Below are positions 34,992 to 43,117 of a stretch of DNA of 64,000 nt, in pieces (the stretch's first letter is position 1; every line of letters starts with the position of its first letter). The position numbers and the translations under genes were made by a program. Below the pieces are notes generated by a model, which was not told where the DNA came from, did not search any database, and saw nothing but the letters and a program-made list of their open reading frames with translations. Location: assembly GCF_003018235.1 (NCBI RefSeq), contig NZ_CP027437.1; one strand, 5' to 3'. The stretch comes from Escherichia coli. GTDB taxonomy: Bacteria; Pseudomonadota; Gammaproteobacteria; Enterobacterales; Enterobacteriaceae.

Positions 34992-35748
34992 ATGGATGCA
35001 CTACAAACACAAACTGTTAAGAGTACAACCGCGCCGCAGCCCAACTACATTCCGGGGCTGATTGCGGTGGTCGGGTGTGATGGCACCGGTAAATCCACGC
35101 TGACCACCGACCTGGTGAAATCGCTGCAACAACACTGGCAAACCGAGCGGCGCTATCTGGGGCTGCTCTCCGGCGAAGACGGCGACAAAATCAAACGATT
35201 GCCGTTGGTTGGCGTCTGGCTGGAACGGCGGCTGGCGGCCAAATCCTCGAAAACCCAAAGCATGAAAACCAAATTTCCAGCGCTATGGGCGGCGGTGATT
35301 ATGTACTGCTTCTCGCTGCGAAGAATGGCGAATCTACGCAAGGTTCAGCGACTGGCGCAAAGTGGCGTTCTGGTGGTCAGCGATCGCTTCCCGCAGGCTG
35401 AAATTTCGGGCTTTTATTATGACGGACCGGGGATCGGCGTCGAACGTGCGACCGGGAAAATCAGCATGTTTCTGGCGCAGCGCGAACGGCGTTTATACCA
35501 ACAAATGGCGCTACCGTCCTGAATTAATCATTCGCCTGGGCATTGATATTGATACTGCCATCTCCCGCAAGCCTGACCATGACTATGCCGAGCTGCAGGA
35601 CAAAATCGGCGTCATGTCGACGATTGGCTATAACGGCACAAAAATTCTTGAGATTGATTCCAGAGCGCCTTACAGCGAGGTGCTGGAACAGGCACAGAAG
35701 GCGGTTTCTCTGGTTGCCATCGTTTCTGACCGCCGAAGTTTAACTTAA
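34992..35748 (+). pseudogene. yghR: P-loop NTPase YghR interrupted by a frameshift near 35511 (two ORF pieces, 34992-35522 and frame +1 to 35748)
   Basis: Alignment to YghS/YghT (…LYQWMASYLP… / …FHWMASHKP…) shows the frame changing after QQMA; the repaired product would be 252 aa. Confidence 0.7.
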
Positions 35749-35793
35749 GGCAGGCGGGATACTTTTTACTATCAACGATAAGGTCAGGCTGAA

Positions 35794-37143
35794 TTGGCGG
35801 GTTTTAACATCAAACATTGGTTTGCAGATGGCGCGTTTCGCACCATTATTCGCAATAGCGCCTGGTTAGGCTCCAGTAATGTCGTGAGCGCCTTGCTGGG
35901 TCTGTTGGCGCTCTCGTGTGCCGGTAAAGGGATGACGCCCGCCATGTTTGGCGTACTGGTGATTGTGCAATCGTACGCCAAGTCGATCAGCGATTTTATT
36001 AAGTTTCAGACATGGCAGCTGGTGGTTCAGTACGGAACGCCAGCCTTGACCAACAATAATCCGCAGCAATTTCGCAATGTTGTCTCATTTTCCTTCTCGC
36101 TGGATATCGTCAGCGGCGCGGTGGCGATTGTCGGCGGCATTGCCTTACTGCCATTCCTTTCCCATTCATTAGGTCTGGATGACCAAAGCTTTTGGCTGGC
36201 GGCGCTCTATTGCACGCTCATTCCTTCAATGGCTTCCTCCACGCCGACCGGCATTCTGCGTGCGGTAGATCGCTTTGATTTGATTGCTGTACAGCAGGCG
36301 ACGAAACCTTTTCTGCGCGCAGCGGGGAGCGTCGTAGCCTGGTATTTTGACTTTGGTTTTGCGGGTTTTGTTATTGCCTGGTACGTGTCGAATCTGGTTG
36401 GCGGCACCATGTACTGGTGGTTTGCCGCGCGCGAATTACGCCGCAGAAATATCCATAACACCTTCAAATTGAATCTGTTTGAGTCTGCCCGACACATTAA
36501 AGGCGCGTGGAGTTTTGTCTGGTCAACCAACATTGCCCACTCCATCTGGTCGGCACGTAACTCGTGCAGCACAGTGCTGGTGGGGATCGTGTTAGGACCC
36601 GCTGCCGCCGGGTTATTTAAAATCGCCATGACATTCTTCGACGCCGCCGGAACGCCAGCGGGTTTACTGGGTAAAAGTTTTTACCCAGAGGTGATGCGTT
36701 TAGATCCGCGCACCACCAGACCGTGGTTGTTAGGCGTGAAGTCCGGTTTACTGGCGGGCGGAATCGGTATTCTGGTGGCGCTCGCGGTGTTGATCGTCGG
36801 CAAGCCGCTCATTTCGCTGGTGTTTGGCGTTAAGTATCTCGAAGCGTATGACCTGATTCAGGTGATGCTGGGCGCAATTGTGATTTCGATGCTGGGCTTC
36901 CCACAGGAGTCATTGCTATTGATGGCGGGAAAACAGCGCGCTTTTCTCGTGGCGCAAACCATCGCCTCAATCGGCTACATCGTATTGCTGTTCATGTTCT
37001 GTCATCTGTTTGGCGTGCTGGGGGCTGCATTTGCTTACTTCGCTGGGCAATGTCTGGATGTGGTGTTCTCGCTAATTCCAACCTTAAAGGCATTTTTTCA
37101 GCGCCATTCCTTGCTTTATAACGCAGCCGGAGAGAAATCCTGA
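35794..37143 (+). CDS. yghQ: Multi-pass membrane protein of the MOP/Wzx-like flippase superfamily; start codon uncertain
   Basis: 449-aa ORF (maximal), highly hydrophobic; K-12 annotation is shorter, to my recollection. Confidence 0.7.
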   Translation: MAGFNIKHWFADGAFRTIIRNSAWLGSSNVVSALLGLLALSCAGKGMTPAMFGVLVIVQSYAKSISDFIKFQTWQLVVQYGTPALTNNNPQQFRNVVSFSFSLDIVSGAVAIVGGIALLPFLSHSLGLDDQSFWLAALYCTLIPSMASSTPTGILRAVDRFDLIAVQQATKPFLRAAGSVVAWYFDFGFAGFVIAWYVSNLVGGTMYWWFAARELRRRNIHNTFKLNLFESARHIKGAWSFVWSTNIAHSIWSARNSCSTVLVGIVLGPAAAGLFKIAMTFFDAAGTPAGLLGKSFYPEVMRLDPRTTRPWLLGVKSGLLAGGIGILVALAVLIVGKPLISLVFGVKYLEAYDLIQVMLGAIVISMLGFPQESLLLMAGKQRAFLVAQTIASIGYIVLLFMFCHLFGVLGAAFAYFAGQCLDVVFSLIPTLKAFFQRHSLLYNAAGEKS

Positions 37144-37967
37144 TGATGAGAAAATATTTCCCGCTTGAGGCTAGCGAGCGTCTATTTGTTGCGATTGAAG
37201 AAGATGATGTCGTTGATGCACAGGTCAGTTTGCCGCCGACTATCGCACTAAGTTGTACCACCGAAATCATCCATGATAATTACGCGTTATGCCTGAAATT
37301 CTGGCTGGATGGTGTTAATCGTCAGGAGCTACTGCGTTTAATCCGCAAACAGGCGAAAGGCGATGAGCTGACGACAGACGAGCGCAAAAAGTATAAATAC
37401 ATGCGAGCGCGCTACAAGCATCTGCGCTTTGCGCAACGGCTGTATTTAAAGAAGCATCAGGCCGGATTTTTATTCGGCAAAACGACCGTTTTTTTGGGGC
37501 GTTTTCAGGACGGCTTTCGTAACGGTAAGAAAAATATTGTGTCGTATTACGGCAACCTGTTACGGGTTTATTTAAGCTCTCCGGTCTGGTCGTTGGTGAA
37601 CTATTCATTACGCCATAGCCAGTTAGAAAGCGTAAGCGGTTTTATTGCCTATCGGCAAAAGCAAATGCATACCCTGAAAGAGATAATTGCCAAACCGCGA
37701 CTAACTGGCAGGGAATTTCATGATGTGCGAAAAATCATCAGCCAGCAGGTTTCTTATTACGACACCCTAAGATCGCTTGATCCTGAAAATAAAGAGGCGT
37801 TACAGATTTCCCGCTTCCTCGCCGCCATTAATGGCCTGATGGGGGATAAACACGACGACATGGTGGCGGATGATATGGAAAACCGCCAGTCGTATGATGC
37901 ACCGGTGGCGCTGGATAGCGATATTCGCCAGCGCTTAGAGCTGCTGATTTCGCGTTTTCCGCTATAA
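37143..37967 (+). CDS. Hypothetical protein, 274 aa, no recognisable domain
   Basis: Start overlaps the yghQ stop (TGATG); charged, non-membrane. Confidence 0.55.
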   Translation: MMRKYFPLEASERLFVAIEEDDVVDAQVSLPPTIALSCTTEIIHDNYALCLKFWLDGVNRQELLRLIRKQAKGDELTTDERKKYKYMRARYKHLRFAQRLYLKKHQAGFLFGKTTVFLGRFQDGFRNGKKNIVSYYGNLLRVYLSSPVWSLVNYSLRHSQLESVSGFIAYRQKQMHTLKEIIAKPRLTGREFHDVRKIISQQVSYYDTLRSLDPENKEALQISRFLAAINGLMGDKHDDMVADDMENRQSYDAPVALDSDIRQRLELLISRFPL

Positions 37968-37975
37968 CCGGAGCA

Positions 37976-38539
37976 ATGATGTCATCTCGTTTGATTATTG
38001 CGCTGATTATCATGCTCTTAGCCCCGGGTGTGCAGGCACACAATTTCGTCACTGGCAAAACGGTTACCCCTGTTTATATCCAGGAAGGCGGCGAGCTGCT
38101 TCTGAATAGCGACGACGAAATTCACTACCAAAAGTGGAACAGCACACAGCTGGCGGGAAAAGTTCGCATTATTCAGTATATCGCCGGGCGTAAGTCGGCG
38201 AAGAAAAAGAACTCACTGTTAATTAAAGCGGTTGAAGCGGCAAACTTTCCGCAGGATCGTTTTCAGCCCACCACCATTGTGAACACCGATGATGCCATTT
38301 TTGGTACTGGCTATTTTGTCGTTGGCAAAATCGAAAAAAATAAACGCCGCTATCCGTGGGCGCAATTCGTTATTGACGGCAATGGACAGGGACGCGTTGC
38401 CTGGCGGTTGCCGGAGCAGAGTTCAACCATTCTGGTGCTGAATAAAGCCGGGCAAATTCAGTGGGCAAAGGACGGCAGCCTGACGCCGGAAGAGGTAGAA
38501 CATGTCATTGCGCTGGCGCAGAAACTGATCAATGAATAA
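37976..38539 (+). CDS. YtfJ-family periplasmic protein
   Basis: 187-aa ORF; signal peptide MMSSRLIIALIIMLLAPGVQA; conserved TTIVNTDDAI and WAKDGSLTPEEV blocks recalled from E. coli YtfJ. Confidence 0.55.
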   Translation: MMSSRLIIALIIMLLAPGVQAHNFVTGKTVTPVYIQEGGELLLNSDDEIHYQKWNSTQLAGKVRIIQYIAGRKSAKKKNSLLIKAVEAANFPQDRFQPTTIVNTDDAIFGTGYFVVGKIEKNKRRYPWAQFVIDGNGQGRVAWRLPEQSSTILVLNKAGQIQWAKDGSLTPEEVEHVIALAQKLINE

Positions 38540-38569
38540 AAAATTCAAAGGATTGAGGGCGTTAGTGAG

Positions 38570-39640
38570 ATGAAGCTGGTTGAACACTACATCATGCGTG
38601 GTACGCGCCGTCTGGTGCTGATTATCGTCGGTTTTCTGATCTTTATTTTCGCCAGCTACTCCGCACAGCGTTATCTGACCGAAGCGGCAAATGGGACATT
38701 AGCTCTTGATGTTGTGCTGGATATTGTTTTCTACAAGGTGCTGATTGCACTGGAGATGTTGTTACCTGTTGGACTGTATGTGTCAGTTGGCGTGACGCTA
38801 GGGCAGATGTATACCGACTCGGAAATTACCGCTATTTCTGCGGCGGGGGGCAGTCCGGGACGCTTGTACAAAGCCGTTCTTTATCTGGCGATACCGCTAA
38901 GTATTTTTGTCACCCTTCTGTCGATGTATGGTCGTCCGTGGGCTTATGCGCAGATTTATCAACTGGAGCAACAGTCACAGTCGGAGCTGGATGTTCGCCA
39001 GTTGCGGGCAAAGAAATTTAACACTAACGATAACGGACGAATGATCCTTTCGCAGACGGTTGATCAGGATAATAATCGCCTGACTGACGCGCTGATTTAT
39101 ACTTCTACTGCCAATCGAACCCGCATTTTCCGCGCCCGTTCGGTTGATGTGGTTGACCCATCACCTGAGAAACCGACCGTTATGTTGCATAACGGGACCG
39201 CCTATCTTCTCGATCATCAGGGGCGTGACGACAACGAACAGATCTACCGTAATCTGCAATTACATCTGAATCCGCTGGATCAAAGCCCTAACGTCAAACG
39301 CAAAGCAAAATCGGTCACGGAGCTGGCGCGCTCCGCCTTTCCTGCCGATCATGCCGAACTGCAATGGCGACAAAGCCGTGGCCTGACAGCATTGTTGATG
39401 GCGCTGCTGGCCATTTCATTAAGTCGGGTAAAACCGCGGCAAGGGCGATTTTCAACGTTATTGCCACTGACGTTGCTGTTTATTGCCATTTTTTATGGCG
39501 GCGACGTCTGCCGTACGCTGGTGGCTAACGGCGCGATTCCCCTCATTCCTGGTTTGTGGTTAGTACCCGGACTCATGCTAATGGGCCTGCTGATGCTGGT
39601 CGCACGCGACTTCTCATTGCTGCAGAAATTTTCCCGATGA
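38570..39640 (+). CDS. LptF-like permease (YjgP/YjgQ family)
   Basis: 356-aa ORF; N-terminal TM helices, periplasmic beta-jellyroll-like insert, C-terminal TM helices. Confidence 0.65.
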   Translation: MKLVEHYIMRGTRRLVLIIVGFLIFIFASYSAQRYLTEAANGTLALDVVLDIVFYKVLIALEMLLPVGLYVSVGVTLGQMYTDSEITAISAAGGSPGRLYKAVLYLAIPLSIFVTLLSMYGRPWAYAQIYQLEQQSQSELDVRQLRAKKFNTNDNGRMILSQTVDQDNNRLTDALIYTSTANRTRIFRARSVDVVDPSPEKPTVMLHNGTAYLLDHQGRDDNEQIYRNLQLHLNPLDQSPNVKRKAKSVTELARSAFPADHAELQWRQSRGLTALLMALLAISLSRVKPRQGRFSTLLPLTLLFIAIFYGGDVCRTLVANGAIPLIPGLWLVPGLMLMGLLMLVARDFSLLQKFSR

Positions 39641-40716
39641 ATGTTTTCAGTCGCTATTTAATCCGTCATCTCTTTCTCGGTTTTGCCGCCGCCGCAGGGC
39701 TATTGCTGCCGCTTTTTACCACCTTCAACCTGATTAACGAACTGGATGATGTCAGCCCGGGCGGTTATCGCTGGACTCAGGCGGTGCTGGTGGTGCTGAT
39801 GACCTTACCGCGTACACTGGTCGAACTTTCGCCGTTTATCGCATTATTGGGAGGGATTGTTGGCCTGGGGCAGTTATCGAAAAACAGTGAGCTTACCGCC
39901 ATTCGCAGCACGGGGTTTTCTATCTTCCGTATTGCACTAGTGGCGCTGGTTGCCGGGATATTGTGGACTGTTTCGTTAGGCGCGATAGATGAGTGGGTGG
40001 CGTCGCCATTGCAGCAACAGGCGCTGCAAATCAAATCGACTGCCACCGCGTTGGGGGAGGACGATGACATTACCGGCAATATGCTTTGGGCCAGGCGCGG
40101 TAATGAATTTGTGACGGTGAAATCGCTGAACGAGCAGGGCCAGCCTGTGGGCGTGGAGATATTTCATTATCGCGACGATCTCTCGCTCGAATCCTACATT
40201 TTTGCACGCAGTGCCTCCATTGAAGACGACAAAACATGGATCCTGCATGGTGTGAATCATAAAAAATGGTTGAATGGCAAGGAAACGCTGGAAACATCAG
40301 ATAATCTTGCCTGGCAATCGGCCTTCACCAGTATGAATCTTGAAGAGTTATCGATGCCGGGAAATACTTTTTCTGTCCGTCAACTTAATCATTACATCCA
40401 TTATTTGCAGGAAACTGGGCAACCCAGCAGCGAATACCGCCTTGCACTGTGGGAAAAACTGGGACAACCCATCCTGACCCTGGCGATGATTTTGCTGGCT
40501 GTGCCGTTTACCTTTAGTGCCCCGCGTTCGCCTGGGATGGGTAGCCGTCTCGCTGTAGGCGTCATCGTGGGCTTACTTACCTGGATCAGCTATCAAATCA
40601 TGGTCAATCTGGGATTGCTATTTGCGTTGAGCGCACCTGTTACCGCGCTCGGTTTACCGGTAGCGTTTGTGCTGGTGGCGTTGAGCCTGGTGTATTGGTA
40701 TGACAGACAACATTAA
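39637..40716 (+). CDS. LptG-like permease (YjgP/YjgQ family), paired with the upstream gene
   Basis: 359 aa from ATG at 39637 (MNVFSRYLIRHLF), overlapping the upstream stop (ATGA). Confidence 0.65.
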   Translation: MNVFSRYLIRHLFLGFAAAAGLLLPLFTTFNLINELDDVSPGGYRWTQAVLVVLMTLPRTLVELSPFIALLGGIVGLGQLSKNSELTAIRSTGFSIFRIALVALVAGILWTVSLGAIDEWVASPLQQQALQIKSTATALGEDDDITGNMLWARRGNEFVTVKSLNEQGQPVGVEIFHYRDDLSLESYIFARSASIEDDKTWILHGVNHKKWLNGKETLETSDNLAWQSAFTSMNLEELSMPGNTFSVRQLNHYIHYLQETGQPSSEYRLALWEKLGQPILTLAMILLAVPFTFSAPRSPGMGSRLAVGVIVGLLTWISYQIMVNLGLLFALSAPVTALGLPVAFVLVALSLVYWYDRQH

Positions 40717-40746
40717 ACCCGCCGTGGCGCAACACCACAGCGGGCT
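40717..40746. terminator. Hairpin between the convergent permease and lipid-synthesis operons
   Basis: cccgccgtgg-N7-ccacagcggg, 10-bp stem with one mismatch. Confidence 0.4.
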
Positions 40747-40750
40747 CACA

Positions 40751-41923
40751 TTACTGCTTCAGAGTAGCGAACGCTTGAATGATGGCATCAATTTGCTCAC
40801 GACTGTGGGCAGCGTTTACGCTACAGCGCAGCAGCGTGATGCCTGCAGGCGCGGCAGGTGGCAGGATAAGATTCACATAAACGCCCAGCGAAATAAGCTC
40901 GCGCCAGATGCGTAAACCTTCCTCTTTCGAACCGATTATTACTGGCACTACCGGGCTAATATGTGAACTTAACTCATAATCCAGTTTTTGCAGACCGTCA
41001 TACAGATGGTTGGCATTATCCATCAGCTTTTGCCGCAACTCTGGTTGTGAGACAATGGTTCTTAACGACGAGCGCACGGTCGCAATGCAGGACGGAGAAG
41101 GAGAGGCGGTAAAAATATACGGGCGGCTGCCGTAGCGCAACACTTCCATCGCTTCCGAACCGACAGCAAAACCGCCAATCGAGGCCAGGCTTTTACTGAA
41201 GGTACCAACGATAATATCCACATCATCTTCAACGCCAACGGCTTCAGCCAGTCCGCGCCCCGTTGCGCCTAACACGCCAAACGAATGCGCTTCATCGACA
41301 ATCAAATAACCACCGAGACGACGTTTGATATCAACAATTTCCGCCAGCGGCGCAACGTCACCGAGCATACTGTAGATGCCTTCAACGATGATAATCGCCT
41401 CTTTTGCCCGTTCACCGAGGCGAACCATGCGCCGTTCCAGATCTTTAGCATCGTTATGGCGGAAACGAATAATTTCCGCGCCACCGAGAGAACAGGCGTC
41501 ATAAATACTGGCGTGGCTGTCGGCATCCAGTAACACCACGGCGTTATGGTCGGCAAGTGCGCTGATGACGCCTAAATTAGCGGTATAACCGGTTGAAAAA
41601 ACGATAGCGGTAGGGCGATTAAAAAACTCGGCGATCTCTTTCTCTAACGCCAGATGCGGCGCATAACTGCCGTTTGCCATACGAGAACCGGTGGTGCCGG
41701 TGCCTTGGGCCGCTAACGCTGCCTGACCTTCGGCGATGGCATCATGATTAAAGGTTAAACCGAGATAATTATTGGTCCCGGCCAGAATCACTTTTTTATT
41801 GCCGATCCGACCTTCGGTGGCGGAATACACTTCATCAATACAGGTGCCAAACGGTGTTAACCCGTTGTCACTAAATTGCAGTCGCTCGCCAGCAAGGCGC
41901 GCATATTTATCGTATAGCCCCAT
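40751..41923 (-). CDS. PLP-dependent alpha-oxoamine synthase, serine palmitoyltransferase-like
   Basis: 390-aa ORF; PLP-lysine motif GTFSKSLASIGG (SPT-like rather than BioF GTFGKA or Kbl GTLGKA) and DADSHAS histidine motif. Confidence 0.75.
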   Translation of the reverse strand: MGLYDKYARLAGERLQFSDNGLTPFGTCIDEVYSATEGRIGNKKVILAGTNNYLGLTFNHDAIAEGQAALAAQGTGTTGSRMANGSYAPHLALEKEIAEFFNRPTAIVFSTGYTANLGVISALADHNAVVLLDADSHASIYDACSLGGAEIIRFRHNDAKDLERRMVRLGERAKEAIIIVEGIYSMLGDVAPLAEIVDIKRRLGGYLIVDEAHSFGVLGATGRGLAEAVGVEDDVDIIVGTFSKSLASIGGFAVGSEAMEVLRYGSRPYIFTASPSPSCIATVRSSLRTIVSQPELRQKLMDNANHLYDGLQKLDYELSSHISPVVPVIIGSKEEGLRIWRELISLGVYVNLILPPAAPAGITLLRCSVNAAHSREQIDAIIQAFATLKQ

Positions 41924-42171
41924 TATTTATTCTCCAGCCATGGAAGTAGTGTTTCCATTAATTGCGCAGGGGTTTTGACATCCAGCAGAATATTAATAGG
42001 AATGGAAATATCGAATCTGTCTTCCAGCATCATTAAGAGATCCATCACTTTGATCGACTCCAGGCCAAGATCGTTGACGAGATCGCTGTCGGGCTTAATT
42101 TCCACACCGTTTTCGACCAAATCCTGTAAACAGGAAAGGATGTAATCCATTACTATTTCACGATTTACCAT
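41923..42171 (-). CDS. Dedicated acyl carrier protein
   Basis: 82-aa acidic ORF with phosphopantetheine-site-like DLGLESIKVMDL; stop overlaps the downstream start. Confidence 0.7.
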   Translation of the reverse strand: MVNREIVMDYILSCLQDLVENGVEIKPDSDLVNDLGLESIKVMDLLMMLEDRFDISIPINILLDVKTPAQLMETLLPWLENK

Positions 42172-42202
42172 AGAAACGTTAACACACCTTTAAACAAGAC
42201 AA

Positions 42203-43117
42203 TCAAAATAGCCCGTTGCGTAATGCGTGTTCCAGGCTAATCCCGGGAAACCAATTAATATCTTCAGAAATACGGTTATTACTTGCCGACCAGTCGGCAT
42301 GAGTTAATTCACGGATTTTCGAACGAGTCAGCATCGGTTCTTTACCCGCCAGACGGCTCAACGCGGTACTGATATCCGCAAGGCAGGTGAGTAGCGGCAG
42401 AGGAATACCGACCATCCGCACGGAACCGCAACGGGCGTCGGCGGCAAGCTGTCTTACGCGTTGCCAGTCATAGCCTCCGGCGACGCCATCGCATAATTCA
42501 TAGGTTTGCGTCTGTACAGTTTCGGCGCTTAACCACTGACCCACTGCTTGCGCAAAATCGGTGACGTGAAGAAAAGAGAGCTGTGTCTCTGGCGTGCCAA
42601 GTCGTGGCAGCAGGCCGCGCAGCATCCAGTCAAACAGCGGTTTTAACTCTTTATCGCCGGGACCATACACGGCTGTCGGGCGAAAAACGCCCAGCGTAAT
42701 TTCATCAGCCATTGCAGTCAGCCGTTGTTCGGCGACGTGTTTGGAATTTGCGTACCAGGAGAGTTCGGGATGGCGCGCCGCCAGCGAAGAGATAAACAGA
42801 AAACGTTGGCAAAAGCCGCTCTCTTTTGCCGCTTGCATCAGGCGCAGGCTGCCGTCAACGTTACAGCGGGTAAAAATCTCTTCTTTGTGTCCGCGCACTT
42901 GTCCGGCGCAATGGACCACCGCGCTGGCTCCGGCAACCAGTTCGCTAAGCGAATGTGTATCTTCCAGCGAACCGCGCACCCAGATGAGATTATCATTGAC
43001 GTGAGCGCGGGCAGTACGCGTCAATGCGCGAACGTGAAAGCCGCGGGCGAGCAGGTTATCGATAATATATTTACCGATAAACCCGGTAGCGCCCGTCACC
43101 GCGACAGTTTGATTCAT
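42203..43117 (-). CDS. NAD(P)-dependent epimerase/dehydratase-fold reductase (extended SDR)
   Basis: 304-aa ORF; Rossmann motif GATGFIG; catalytic YANSK (YxxxK). Confidence 0.7.
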   Translation of the reverse strand: MNQTVAVTGATGFIGKYIIDNLLARGFHVRALTRTARAHVNDNLIWVRGSLEDTHSLSELVAGASAVVHCAGQVRGHKEEIFTRCNVDGSLRLMQAAKESGFCQRFLFISSLAARHPELSWYANSKHVAEQRLTAMADEITLGVFRPTAVYGPGDKELKPLFDWMLRGLLPRLGTPETQLSFLHVTDFAQAVGQWLSAETVQTQTYELCDGVAGGYDWQRVRQLAADARCGSVRMVGIPLPLLTCLADISTALSRLAGKEPMLTRSKIRELTHADWSASNNRISEDINWFPGISLEHALRNGLF

